A stretch of DNA of 63,813 nucleotides, filler included, from Octopus bimaculoides (GCF_001194135.2; 5 parts of 5 records of this genome joined end to end with filler, not necessarily neighbours in it); one strand, 5' to 3'. Positions 50,454 to 62,925 are shown, counted from the first letter of the whole stretch. Made by a program: numbers and translations. Notes: generated from the sequence alone by a model not told the origin.

Positions 50454-52042
50454 TTTAGCTTTGTTAAGCTATACGCAAACAAACTAGTGGAGACGAGAAT
50501 ACATTTACCAAAGGTTTATTACTTTACGTACATCAGGGCTTAAGTCGTCGGCTATTTCTGTTTAGTTCACTCAGATTCGTTACACGCTCGCTGTTGACAT
50601 TCTTTTGTTTTGGTACTCCTTCCGGAAATCCTTTCTGTTTCCCTGCTGACCAACTTCCTAGCTAACCAGCAGCGAAGTTTCTGTCTACAGTTCGTCTGCC
50701 ACGAATCCTGCCCTACATAGCTCCCCACTCAGAATTGTAGACTGTCATTGGAAACATGAAGGTATTTTAATTGTCCTGCCCATGCGTGCGGTTACTCGAT
50801 TCTTTGGTGACTGTTCTTTGTCAAGGGTTGGCGTGATCTATCTAGGACGGCCCCTGTTTGGTGCTTGAGTCACCTGAACTGGGCTGTCAATATCGAGATG
50901 GGCCGGTTTCAATCTATCGATGGAGACTGTGTTTTGTCGTCTGCCAATTAGGAGTTGGAATGTTCAATCTCCCGGATGTATGACTTGATATAGACCATCA
51001 TAGAGAACTGGGGGGAGGGGGGTTGTCATGTGTCACGTCGAACGAACACGAAGTTAGCCGCGCGGAGGTCATTTGGTACGGATGATCTGGGTGTACTGTG
51101 TGTCGACATGGGAACAGGGCGCAACTGGCCCACGCTGTTTCTCAGTTGAGCGAGGTACCTTTTGACATCNNNNNNNNNNNNNNNNNNNNNNNNNNNNNNN
51201 NNNNNNNNNNNNNNNNNNNGAGGAAGTGTTGAGATTTTCTTTTGGGGCAGTGCGGATTCCCAGCATCACCCATGGGAGTTGGTCGATCCAATTTGGCCTG
51301 TTAAGTCTAGTTGTCAGTGATTCCTTCAGGCGGCAGTGAAATCTCTCCACTAATCCGCTGGCCAGTGGGTGGTAGGCTGTTGTGCGGTTCATCGTGATTC
51401 TGAAAAGGTCACACATGTCATTCCACAGCTTTGAGGTGAATTGTGGACCCCAATCGGATGAGATACTATCTGGGACACCGAAACGGGCGACCCAGTTTGC
51501 GATGAAAGCTCGGCTGACTTCTTGTGTTTCCGTGCTGCAGAGAGGCATAGCTTCAGGCCAACGGGTGTAGCGGTCCACCGAGGTCAGTAGATACGAGCAA
51601 CCCTGTGAAGGTAGTAGGGGGCCGACAAGGTCGACGTTAACATGGCTGAATCGGGCCTGAGGTGGTTCACAGTTGCCTTGTATTGTTGACAGGGGATGCA
51701 GGACCTGGTCCAGTTCCCGGTTTTCTTGGCCAAACCGTGCCAGATAAATTTTCTTGACAGCAGCCGCCGTGTGGCTTTAGTACCTGGGTGGAAAAGGCTG
51801 TGAATGATGTTAAAACCTTTCTTGCGCCAGGCCGATGGGATGATCGGTCGTGGCTTCCCAGTGGATACATCACACAGTAGAGTTGTGCCGTTAGAGCCAA
51901 AGTGTACATCCTGCAAAGAAAGTGATGTGATGGTAGTACGGTAGGCTCTGATATCGTTATCTGTCTGTTGGGTTTCAGCCATAACTTCGTAATCCAAGCC
52001 TTCTGTTATTGGTGCTAGGTCTGTCACGAATCCTGCCCTACA
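50454..52042 (-). mobile_element. Internally deleted Ty3/Gypsy LTR retrotransposon (integrase region plus 3' LTR)
   Basis: Minus strand has an HHCC zinc finger (HSLFHPG...CIPCQQ), integrase core (VDLVGPL, DRYTRWPEA, SDWGPQF, YHPLASGLVERFH) and C-terminus (FVFVRRD...YDG.Y.V...VSIDRLKPAHL). A PPT at 50718-50732 precedes the 3' LTR at 50454-50717 (TGTAGGGCAGG...). A 4-bp TSD CTCG lies at 50450-50453 and 52043-52046. Confidence 0.9.
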
Positions 52043-52679
52043 CTCGCATGGGTCGAACAAACTTTATGGAGACAGATCTTCTAGGACTGACTGCCCTTCG
52101 TGTCACCAACCCTTATCTGTTTGTTAGCAAGGTAATATTTCTCCATGACCAGACATGTTCTTTCAGAATATTGGAAATGAATTATACTGTTTGTATGACA
52201 GTAAACAATCATTTTAAGATTATCAGACAATGTCAAGAAAAGGATATACAAACGCACACACACACATACTCATACACGCATACGCAATCATGTATGTATG
52301 TATATATGCTCTCTTTCTCTTCTTAATCTAGAATAAATTTTGACCGGCCACTTGCTTAGCAGCAAATTGTGAAGGAAAACGTCTTGTTTTGCCCGTTATC
52401 TTTTAAATCTTAAGGAGGTCTTGCAGATTTTTATTGTTTCAGATATCGTGATCATTTGTAGTTTATGAATTAAGGATTTGCGTTCTCTCCCGCCGAACGC
52501 CCAATCGTGGTTTCGATTTCCGGATCGGGTAGTGAATTGTGTTCTTCAGCAAAATATTTCATGTTGTTCCAGTTAATCCCGCTGTAAATGCGGGATGATG
52601 GGGGAGTATTGTAATCTTAGTCATACATCATGGAAACCAAGTTAAACTTCGGTTTAATGAGTCTTTGAGCTCATGACAA

Positions 52680-53575
52680 AGCTACTTTGTTCCATCTTGG
52701 GTTCTGGATTTGCAAACTCTTTATCAATGATCTCTTGTATTTTTGTAACCACTTTGGTGTCCAGGGGGCAGCTGATTTCCACAACAGAACATATCTTTTC
52801 TTTGTGGTCCCACACAACAATATCTGACCGGTTGTTTTAACTTGGTGACTGTTTCATTTTTAAGTTCCATCAATGTTCCTGAGACACATCGGCCTCACTG
52901 TAGTCCACTTCGTCTGTAGGCGTTTTATTTTTTGTTTTCTTGTTCCAGACTTTTCTGACCACCGCATCATGCTTCATGGGAAGATAAATCAGGAAGACAT
53001 TCTCTCTCACAGCTGGCAATAATGTGGTTGCTGTCTTCAATCTTGATCTTGCACAGCCTACATTTGCTGTCAGTCGATGTTTTCTACATATGGGCAGTAA
53101 GTACTTTATGGGGATCTCTTGTTCTTGAATTGCGTAGAGGTAGTCTTCGAAGTGGAACACCATGTAAAACTTTTGACATGATCAATCTCTTCTCTGGTTT
53201 GCGTTTTTCGTCTCAAGTACCCATGTATTATCTTCTCAGTGAACTGGTCCATTTTTTGTATTTTGTTCTTCTGATAAATAGGTTTTACCAATGCTCCTTA
53301 GGGAGAGATCTGTATCAGCTCTTATTTCATACCTCTCTTCATGTTCATTAGCTATACGAATTATGTTACTAATTTCAGGGTCAAAATCTTGGACAAGATG
53401 GTTGCTGGTTTCTTTCCTCTGCTGCAGATGTTGTTTCATTGTTACAGCATGTTCTTTATACGACATCAATACAAATCTGAGACCCCTACGTGAGAAGTAT
53501 AGCCTGTCTACAGCTCCATTGATATTGGAATTTCCTGTAACATTGAGCAACTTACGTGTTCGAACATCTATCTCA
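52680..53575 (-). mobile_element. R4/Dong-like REL-endonuclease non-LTR retrotransposon fragment A
   Basis: Degenerate ORF pieces: RTRKLL..VDRLYFSR, HGY, YAIQEQEI, a CCHC knuckle region, HDAV, and REL motif NRSDIVVWD..EK.CSVVEISCP.D. Confidence 0.72.
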
Positions 53576-53589
53576 CTAAATGTATGTAT

Positions 53590-53907
53590 GTATACCTCTT
53601 CTGTATTTAATTATTTAAATTCTTCCTATGAAGGAACTGGTTTCTAACAAAGATACAAAGGAGCTTTGTATCTTTGGAATGTAGATAACGAAAATAATGT
53701 CACATTTTAAACCTGGGAAAAGTCTTGCACAACTTAACTGTTCCACTTACAGATTGTATTTATAATGTGCGAATCGGTTGATTTCTTTTTCTGAAATCCA
53801 AGCTTATCTAGACTGACAGTTAGGCATTTATTTACAAAACCAAGTGCTCCAATTATTATTGGTATAAACGTAAATTTGTAATCCGGATATAGAAGCTTGT
53901 AATCCGA

Positions 53908-53908
<1 letters not shown>
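53590..53908 (-). mobile_element. R4/Dong-like LINE 3' end fragment B
   Basis: LLYPDYKFTFIPIIIGALG...LDKLGF...SGTVKLCKTF.RFKM* followed by a 3' UTR with a perfect 13-bp stem-loop (53648-53676) and a (TACA)n tail. Confidence 0.75.
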
Positions 53909-53938
<30 letters not shown>

Positions 53939-54001
53939 TGTGTATTGTATGNNNNNNNNNNTGTATGTGCATGTATGTATGTATGTATGTATGTATGTAT
54001 G

Positions 54002-54270
54002 AAGGCGCATGGCTTAGTGGTTAGGGTGTTGCACACACGACTGCGAGATCGTGGGTTCGATTTCCAGACCAGACGTTGCGTTGTGTTCTTGAGCAAAGCA
54101 CTTCATTTCACGTTGCTCTGCAATCATTTCGTCATCTGACATGTGGCACACGGTGCACCTGTACAGGTAATGTCGATTTAATGAAGGTAATGAGCTTATT
54201 TGTACACAAACATTTGATCCCTATAAATAAATATTCTGTGTGGTTGTTCGGCAAGAAATTGCCGAACCCT
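54002..54270 (+). mobile_element. SINE family B-related copy
   Basis: Head GGCGCATGGCTTAGTGGTTAGGG...GGGTTCGATTTCC and body GTGTTCTTGAGCAAAGCACTTCATTTCACG. Confidence 0.7.
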
Positions 54271-55265
54271 CATACGTCGTCTAAAGACGGGAGAGTCCGT
54301 GATGTATGTCTGTTCCACTCCACTCACAAGGCTTTTGTCGGCTGGGGGTTATAGCAGAAGATGCTTGCCCAAGGACTGAACCCCAAACCATGAAGTTGGG
54401 AAACGAACTTCTGGCACAGTCATGCCTTCACCTACACTTGGCTATTTTCTGTTATACATTCACACTTAAAAATTTTTAAGTGCATGTTTTTATACTCCAT
54501 CGTGGGGAGTCGCAATAGTTTTATGTAAGCGCTATCATATTATGATTACAATAGAAGTGGTTGAATGCTCACCGGGTAATGCATTTACTACTTGTTACTT
54601 CTGCTATAAATAACGGTTTCGTAAACTGCAGTTTCTGACAGTCTGGTAACAGATGTTAATGGACTTTTGAATGTATTAAAGCCTCAAGTAGATTAACTTA
54701 CATTTTGAGTTATTTGCATTTATGACATACACACACACACAATTTTTCAGTATATGACAATAAAGATGCTGTTTACAACGAAAGTGAAACGCCGCTTTTG
54801 CGAATGTTATTCTCATAAACCGTTCAACACTTAGAAGCCTCGACAGGGCGACAGAACGACTATCAGAAAATCTGCGAAGATGTGAGTTTCTTCGACACAT
54901 CGTCTTTTGTAGGTGCTTTCATATATTTTTTTCTTCCAAACTTACACGTTAAAGAAAAGCATTTATCTTAAAATGTTGGTTTCAAATGCCAGCAACTTCT
55001 GGAAAGCGGGTAAGTCGATTCATCGACCCAGTACTCGACTGGTACTTATTTTATCGACACCGAAAATAGGAAAGGCAAAGGCGACCTCGGCAGAATTAGA
55101 ACTCAGAACGTAAAGACGGATGCGATGCTGTCAAGCATTTTGCCCAGCTGTTCTACCAGCTCACCGGCTTTTAAGCTAGTGGTTAATAAAATTAAGATGA
55201 TTGTTAAAATTTAAATTTTGTCCAACATCATAGCAAAGAAAGAATTTTTTTTTTTTTTTTTGAAG

Positions 55266-55675
55266 CAGTGGATCTCGAAGTGTACAAAGCTATAAATAAT
55301 AGCATGTAACTATTGATTTCAAATTTTGGCACAAGGCCACCAACTTCGGGGGTACTTATTTTATCGACTCCGAAATGATGAAAGGCAAAGAAGACCTTAG
55401 CGGTATCTGAACTCAGAGCATAAAGGTGGATGAAATGTCGCTGAGCATTTTACGCGGCGTGCTAACGATTTTGTCAGCTCACTGCCTTAATAGCATGCAA
55501 AATATTGGGTTGAAAAACCCTTTTGAATGAAAAAAAATATCGAAGGTTGTCATATCTACAATAGACGTGGGTTCGTGTCCCACCCGCAGCATTCGATATT
55601 TTGTATTCAAAATGGTCTTTCAATCCAATGTTTACGTGCTATTACCTATAGCTTTATATGCTTCGAGATCCACTG
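55266..55675. mobile_element. Palindromic MITE-like element interrupted by a SINE C insertion
   Basis: Termini CAGTGGATCTCGAAG...CTTCGAGATCCACTG. The arms total about 100 bp around a 47-nt loop. The SINE at about 55318-55488 has TAATAGCATG on both sides. Confidence 0.65.
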
Positions 55676-57940
55676 TTCCCCGCCCCAAAAATTATTTCAC
55701 GTTCTCTCGAAAGTTTATAACTTCTTATGACGTCGTGGCGACAGAATATTTTTATGGTTGCTAACAATATTTTGTTTTCTCATTTTTAAAAAGCACAGAG
55801 AGGGGCAAACGTTTTCACCAATATTTTGAAGGAAACTGGTATTTGTCACTTTAAGAACCGGTGCCATAGAAAATAAGCAACAAGCCGCTCCTAACGGCGA
55901 GAGTACTCTCGAACTGACGAGTCGTCCATTAGTTTGGAGTGTCGAATTTAATTCTTGCTGCGGGTATAATTTGAAGAAGACTGGCACTCCATCATATTGA
56001 GACACGAGCCAACGGGTAAACCTTTACTTTCGCCGTTCGGCCTACAAAAACAGCAGCCACATATTTCCCCCGTTACATCCACATTGTATTAAAAGGGAGG
56101 GAAACTGATCGGATAATGTAGTCATAGATAAACAGTACCTCAGAAAAAAAAAGAAAAAAAAAAGATGGAACAATCATGGTAGGAACACTTGCTGATCATA
56201 AGTCTGCTTGGTGAAGGAGATATAGGCTAAGTAAAGAGCAAAACCTACTAGAAATAGCTACAAACTCCCTCTACCATTAAAAAAAAAACAAAAAAAAAAC
56301 ACGAGGAGAAACACTCCCTAAAAAAACGAGATAACCACGGATGGAATATTTGCTCAATCAGCCAAACATTTGTAGCAAGCATGTTCACTCTTTACCTTTA
56401 GGTACCTACATTTTGGCTCATCACGTGATGATCGAATCCATCTAGCTTTATGCGGACTGTCCATCCCTTAATGTTATTGACCAGTCAAGCGCGGCAACAT
56501 CAGCTGTTTAGGGAACCTTTTCTCGCTATTCATCAGTGAAGTGGTTGCCACTAGCAAATTCGGATCTTCGGCATAGAGCAAGTTTTATTCCGCTATGCAT
56601 TGTCAATCAGGAGAGAATTGTTAGATTTTCTTGTCGTGCATTGTGTTCTCCTGCGCACCTCAACATGAACAAGAAGCACAGTAAACCTATAGTATTTTGA
56701 TTAACAGAAGTATCTATGTATACCAGTTGCTGTGTTTTCATTTAGCGGCGAAATAAATGTAGCAGTCAACTTTAACTTGTCTTCGTATTTCTTGATGGTC
56801 TTTATCATGGCTCTCATTAAGCCAGAAGATTACAATATTACCAGGGCATTAGCCACATTACACCATTTCCATTACGCTAAACATTGATTGAAGGCTCCCT
56901 CAATACATTAAGTATCACAATTTTTACACGGAAAGGATTTACCGTGAAACTTCGAAGTCACTGTCAGTCGTTTCTTCATGGAAAAATCAATATATTCGAA
57001 GGGTAAAAAACATCAGATGGTCCATGGCCATACTGATAGATCTAAAATGTTCGTATTGGAGCTTCCGGTGCGAATGCTAGGCAATACGACTTGTTTCCAA
57101 ATTTCTGACAAAGTGAATTGCGTCATGGTGCTGTTTTTTCTCACAGACGGTGCCCAACTGACCCTACGATACTGTGTAGTCGACAAAATAAAAAACAACG
57201 CGCATGCGCGATATTAGAAATACAAAATGGGGGCATTTTATATTTTATATTTTAAAATTTTTGCCACTTATATTTTATATTTTTAAATTGTTGCCATTTT
57301 ATAGATTTAATTTCGTGACAATTTACCTATCGCATCCTTGAATAAGTTCTCCACCAATAATGGTGCTTTCATACCGTTGGGCTTGGTAAAAATTATTAAT
57401 TATTAATTGATTTATTAATTAATAAATTGATAATTCCTTTACCCTTTTAATTTGTAATAATTATATATATATATATATATATATATAGATAGATAGATAG
57501 ATACATACATACATACATACATACATACATACATACATACATACATACATACAAAAATTATGTCATAGACCACTAAATCTATGGAATATCAATGATCCAT
57601 GAGAGCCGCTGTCGTAGAGGCTCACTCGTTAGCTCGATGATTTTGAAGCTATAACCCTTCGAAAGACAATTGAAAGGATATTTAATTCTACCTAATTGGG
57701 TCTCACTCAGAATCAACACATGCTCATGTTGGGGGTAGATTTGTAGATAATAAGACAATTAATTCCGATTTCTCTGATATGTATAAACAACGTCAACTAT
57801 ATGAGTGGGCGTTCTTCAGACTGCAACGAATCCGAAAGTAAAACGTAAATCTACAAAGCTCAAGCGAGGTCCACAATGAAGAACTGCGTCTACATCTAAG
57901 ACGGTGCTATTGCTGCTACGCACACAGGTTATTCTGAATC

Positions 57941-58412
57941 CAGGGCCGGCCCTAGAGTTGCTGGCGCCCTAGGCAAGTTGAACTTCAGCGTGTACAAGCT
58001 AACGGTCGTGGAAATATCCATGTCTTTATCACACCCTCCTTGACGTCCCCTAGCACAGGGTTTTTCAAACTGTGGTCCGCAAGGACAAGACAGGGGGTCC
58101 GTGGAAAGCCAAGACAGGGGTCCGTACAGAGCCAAGCAAGCACATCCTTCTCACTAAGTATGTATTAAAAAAATTCTGTGTGTATAATTGACAATAAACC
58201 TATTTGTTAAATACTGTTAAATAAATAAATGTAAAAATATGTTATTTTAAGCAAATATTTATGTATAAATTTCATAAGCAGTTATAAGGGTGTCCCTAAG
58301 ATAAAGCCTGAAATATAAAGGGGTCTGCAAGTCAAAAAGTTTGAAAACCCCTGCCCTAGCACATGGCGCCCCTAGCGACTGCCCTAGTTGCCGGTACCTT
58401 GAGCCGGCCCTG
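57941..58412. mobile_element. hAT-family MITE (outer host of the nested insertion)
   Basis: CAGGGCCGGC...GCCGGCCCTG TIRs. The flanks TCTGAATC and CCTGGATC match at 6/8, consistent with a decayed 8-bp TSD. Confidence 0.75.
58056..58353. mobile_element. hAT-family MITE (inner, nested)
   Basis: CAGGGTTTTTCAAAC...GTTTGAAAACCCCTG TIRs with a perfect 8-bp TSD CCCTAGCA (58048-58055 and 58354-58361). Confidence 0.88.
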
Positions 58413-58454
58413 CCTGGATCGCATCCAGAGATGGGGCCCTTGATTGACTGGCAT

Positions 58455-59525
58455 TCACTCAATAACGAACACACTCCAGCCCCAAGCTCACAGGCTTGCT
58501 TGTCACCTTTCTGTCTTTTTTATCCGAACTGTAATAGCTTTCGCTGCTCGGAGCTGGATGATTTCATACCTCCACCACACAGGCGCCCTCGTATCATTTG
58601 TCTCTTCCACTCTCGTTACCCATTCTGTGTGCCCTTTCGGCTCCACATTAACCACGATATCCCATTCATTTCTCCCAAGCACGTCACTCCTTTGCAATCT
58701 CTTCCCCGCACATGTCTTTCCTGCAGGTGTTGACCTGTAACAGTTTAAACGGCATCAACCTCACCAATCCCAAAAGGCCTGCAAGAGACACGGGCAGCAC
58801 CCTTTCCTCCAGACACAGCAAGTAGAAAGAAAAAATAAATAAAGAAAAGAAAAAATAAATAAAGAAAAGAAAAGAAAAATGTATGGTTTGCGTAATTTTT
58901 TTCCCAACTCTCTATCACCAGAACACTAATTCCCGATTAAGCCTTATTGACAACTCCATACAGTCTCTGATGATTTCTCCAGGCGCTCTCATATTCATAA
59001 CAGAAAAACAGTACTCGCCCTCCTCACAAATAACCTTACACTTCAGCCAGAGGCAAATACTTTTAAGTGCCATAGAACAGACCCAAAAGAAGGGTATACT
59101 ATTGATTGTAAGTCATTCAACAACACACTGCAGTACAACCTTGCAGTACATTTTTCTTTTCTTTTATTATATTTTCTTTTTACTTTCTGAATTTGGAGGA
59201 AAGGGTGTTGCCCATGTCTCTTGCAGGACTTTTGAGATTGGTGAGAAATGACGTACTGGGGAGAAATGAATGGGATATAGTGGTTAATGTGGGGCAGAAG
59301 GGGTTCGCAGAATGGGCGACGAGAGTGGGAAAGACGAACCAGACGAGAGTATCTGAGTGATGCAGGTACGAAACCATCCAGCTCCGGGCAGCGAAAACTA
59401 TTATAGTTCGGATAGAAAAGACTGAGAGGTGACGAGCAAGCCTATGAACCAGAGGCTGAAGTGTGTTCGTTATCGAGTGAATTGAGCATTCGTTATCGAG
59501 TGAATTGAGTATTCGTTATCGAGTT
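58455..59525. repeat. Tail-to-tail inverted pair of an unclassified ~350-bp repeat
   Basis: 58455-58830 aligns with the reverse complement of 59175-59485. Both copies have A-rich tails facing inward. A 23-bp tandem repeat lies at 59466-59523. Confidence 0.75.
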
Positions 59526-59894
59526 ATTGCTGCCTCTCTCTCTCTCTCTCTCTCTCCTCTACCACAATTATTACAACAGGTTCCTCAAAAGCGCGAGTCC
59601 TAGCGGGTGTATGTTGAACTTGCGATCATGATGTTGTGGGTTCGTTTCCTCTTCCGAGCGGCTCGTGGTATCCTTGATTAAGGAACTTCATTTATCACCC
59701 GTACCGGTGCAACCCCGCTCCTTATCACCACCATTCTCTCTCCCGGTAGATGTCACGTCCTGAATGTTACACTGGGTCATAGGTGGGAGGGGGTGAGAGG
59801 GTGCTCATGTCTGCTCACAACTTCATAGGCACCAAAGACAATTAGCGAAAACCTGGAACAAGCTACCAAGTCATACTCGCTTGCGCGTGACGGT

Positions 59895-60265
59895 TACTTG
59901 TTTCAGTCGTTAGACTGCGGCCATGCTGAAGCACCGCCTCGAAGGGTTTTTAGTCGAATGAATCGACCCGAGTACTTGCTTTTTAAACCTTGTGCTTATT
60001 CTATCGGTCCCTTTTATCGAACCACCAAGTTATGGGGACGTAAACAAACCAACACTGGTTGTCAAGTGGTTGCGAGGAACAAACACAAACAATGCAAACA
60101 CACACACATACACGACGAGCTTCTTTCGGTTTGCGTCTACCAAATCCACTCGGAAGGCTCTGATCGGCTCGAGGTTATAGTAGAAGATCCTTGTCCAAGG
60201 TGCCATGCAGTGGGACTGAACCCGGAACCATGTGGTTGGGTAGCAAACTTGTTACCACACAGCGT
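59895..60265 (-). mobile_element. SINE family A
   Basis: Near full-length reverse copy. Confidence 0.8.
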
Positions 60266-60716
60266 CTTCTTTTATTATTTTTCAACTACAACAGAACTAG
60301 TTACATATCACCATCCCGATTCCACCTCTGCCAGCCATCAAAACCGACCATCCTCATCTTACCATTTTCTCAATTCTTCCTCCATAGACCATCAGCTATT
60401 TAGAATCCCTTCGTCTACGCTTTTTTTTTTTTTAATAGCGACTTTCGCAAATTAAAGGTTCAAGGGCCCAGCTCCTAACCCTTGATTAAGCCATATTTTT
60501 TNNNNNNNNNNNNNNNNNNNNNNNNNNNNNNNNNNNNNNNNNNNNTTAATTAATTAANNNNNNNNNNNNNNNNNNNNNNNNNNNNNNNNNNNNNNNNNNN
60601 NCTACATTAAGTTGGATATAAAGATTGGTTTTCATATTAATACTGCTTTTGTCAATAATAATTATTTTATATATATATTATATAACGATGATGATGATAT
60701 ATATATGTGTGTATCA

Positions 60717-62166
60717 TGGCTGTCCACTCATGACTGAGGAAGACCATTGCTGACCTTCAAGAACATTGTGCGCTCTAGGANNNNNNNNNNNNNNNNNNNN
60801 NNNNNNNNNNNNNNNNNNNNNNNNNNNNNNNNNNNNNNNNNGCATACACGACTGCAAACATTGCAAACCAAACTTTCCCCATTCACTACACCAGCAGTGC
60901 ACTTTCCAGCAACATGCTTAAGTTCTTCATGCAGAATATGTACTCTCTCAAAAGTGTCGATCCCCTCCTTAACCTGCTTCCTCTTGTGATGACAGGCATT
61001 GCTCTCCCAGTCAGTCTCCTGCATATCACAGGCCTNNNNNNNNNNNNNNNNNNNNNNNNNNNNNNNNNNNNNNNNNNNNNNNNNNNNNNNNNNNNNNNNN
61101 NNNNNNNNNNNNNNNNNNNNNNNNNNNACAAGTTCCCCATATAGCATCTGCTTAGGGATCCTGCTATCCTTCATTCTCATAAGGGGTCCAGTCCAATGTA
61201 ATCGGTGTTTGTGTACCATCGCCTCAATACTCATATATCAGCTGTCCTCGGGAACTGTGTATGTGAGACATCTCTGATGAAAGCGCTCAAGGACCATTAC
61301 ATAACGTTTGTAAAGGGTTCATGTTTCACCATGAGTAGAGGAGTGATGTCAGTACACATGCATGTTACGCAGTAATTTGTTTGCTTTGTGATGCCNNNNN
61401 NNNNNNNNNNNNNNNNNNNNNNNNNNNNNNNNNNNNNNNNNNNNNNNNNNNNNNNNNNNNNNNNNNNNNNNNNNNNNNNNNNNNNNNNNNNNNNNNNNNN
61501 NNNNNNNNNNNNNNNGACAAACTTGTCTCCCCACCTTCAGAATTGTTCCTTCAACCAAGATAGTTGGTTCCACATATGGATTTCCTGTTGCAGTCTGGAA
61601 CGTTACAACAGTCTTGTTCAGGATAATTCTGAGTCCAAATGCCTTGCAAGAAGCAGAAATATGATTCATAAGTATTTGNNNNNNNNNNGTATTTGCATGT
61701 CATCCACTTTATGAAAGACTAAGTCACAGTCATCTGCATAAAAGAGGTCATGAATAAGAGACTAAAAGACTTTTGAATTGGCAGCAAATCAGCNNNNNNN
61801 NNNNNNNNNNNNNNNNNNNNNNNNNNNNNNNNNNNNNNNNNNNNNNNNNNNNNNNNNNNNNNNNNNNNNNNNNNNNNNNNNNNNNNNNNNNNNNNNNNNN
61901 NNNNNNNNNNNNNNNNNNNNNNNNNNNNNNNNNNNGGGGCAAGGATGTCACCCTGCTTGACACCATTCTCTACAAGAATGGGTCCTGCCAAGCCACCACC
62001 AATATTGACCCAAGCCTCCATCCCATCATGAAATGATTTAANNNNNNNNNNATGATTTAATTATAGATACAAAGTGATCCGGACATCCAAGTTTGCCAAG
62101 TTTTTTCCATAGTAATGCCCTATTTACAGTATCAAAGGCCTTTGTTAAATCAATGAATACCTGGAC
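60717..62166 (-). mobile_element. RTE-clade LINE, 5'-truncated RT to C-terminus
   Basis: VFIDLTKAFDTVNR, FHDGM, GVKQGDILA, SIEAMV...RLHW.G...RM.DSRIPKQMLYGEL and C-terminal C..C.R.C. It is interrupted by N runs and stops. Confidence 0.88.
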
Positions 62167-62266
62167 NNNNNNNNNNNNNNNNNNNNNNNNNNNNNNNNNN
62201 NNNNNNNNNNTTAATTAATTAANNNNNNNNNNNNNNNNNNNNNNNNNNNNNNNNNNNNNNNNNNNN

Positions 62267-62298
<32 letters not shown>

Positions 62299-62520
62299 GT
62301 GTATATATATGGATATATATATAGATACATATATATATATATATATATGTGTGTATGTGTATATATGGATATATGTATATATATATATATGTAGATATAT
62401 ATATATGTATATATATAGATATATATATATGTATATATATGGATATACATTTATGTATATATATATATATGGATATATATATATATATGTATATATATGA
62501 ATATATATATATATATAGCC
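62267..62520. repeat. Degenerate (TA)n microsatellite
   Basis: Low-complexity TA/TG/GA tract that produces the spurious YI-rich ORFs. Confidence 0.95.
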
Positions 62521-62634
62521 TGGTGTAGCCATCCGGTTGCACCAGTCCTCAGTTAAATCGTCCAACCCATGCTAGCATGGAAAGCGGACGTTAAACGATG
62601 ATGATGATGATGATGATATGTATAGATATATATT

Positions 62635-62925
62635 ATAGCTTCACGCCAACCAAAGCCTTATGCGTGGATTTCGAACACAGAAAGTGAAAGAAGACTGTGG
62701 TATATATACTTACATTCGTGTGTGCGTGTGTGTGTGCGTGTGTGTGCGTGTGTGTGCGTGTGTGTCCCCCACCATCACTTGACAACTGATGCTGCTGTGT
62801 TTGCATTGCTTTAACTTAGCGGCTTGGCAAAAGACACTGATAGAATAAGTACTAGGTTTACAAAGAATAAATCCTGTGTTTGATTTGTTCGACTAAAGGC
62901 GGTGCCTCAGCATGGCCGCAATCAT
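62635..62925 (+). mobile_element. SINE family A
   Basis: 5'-truncated copy. A further reverse copy lies at about 63135-63375. Confidence 0.7.

Noticed and set aside
51009-51035. G-rich tract followed by TGTCA resembling a + strand PPT/LTR start
   Set aside because: It is the antisense of Pro-rich integrase C-terminal coding sequence. The real PPT and LTR are at 50718-50732 and 50454-50717 on the minus strand.
54751-54881. Segment with a good acceptor and a GTGAGT donor
   Set aside because: It has stops in all three frames and cannot continue the phase-2 calpain exon. At most it is a non-coding exon.
56380-57230. Possible Helitron-like coding remnant on the minus strand (VVLPSI, TADVAAL)
   Set aside because: The motifs are too short and too decayed to call without a translated homology search.
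59466-59523. 23-bp repeats that could suggest a CRISPR array
   Set aside because: The units are directly adjacent with no unique spacers, the context is eukaryotic, and there are no cas genes. The same applies to the repeats at 2206-2333 and 29842-30105.
60781-62050. Regularly interspersed short N runs within the RTE element
   Set aside because: The reading frame is preserved across some of them, which suggests masked or ambiguous consensus bases and not real structure.
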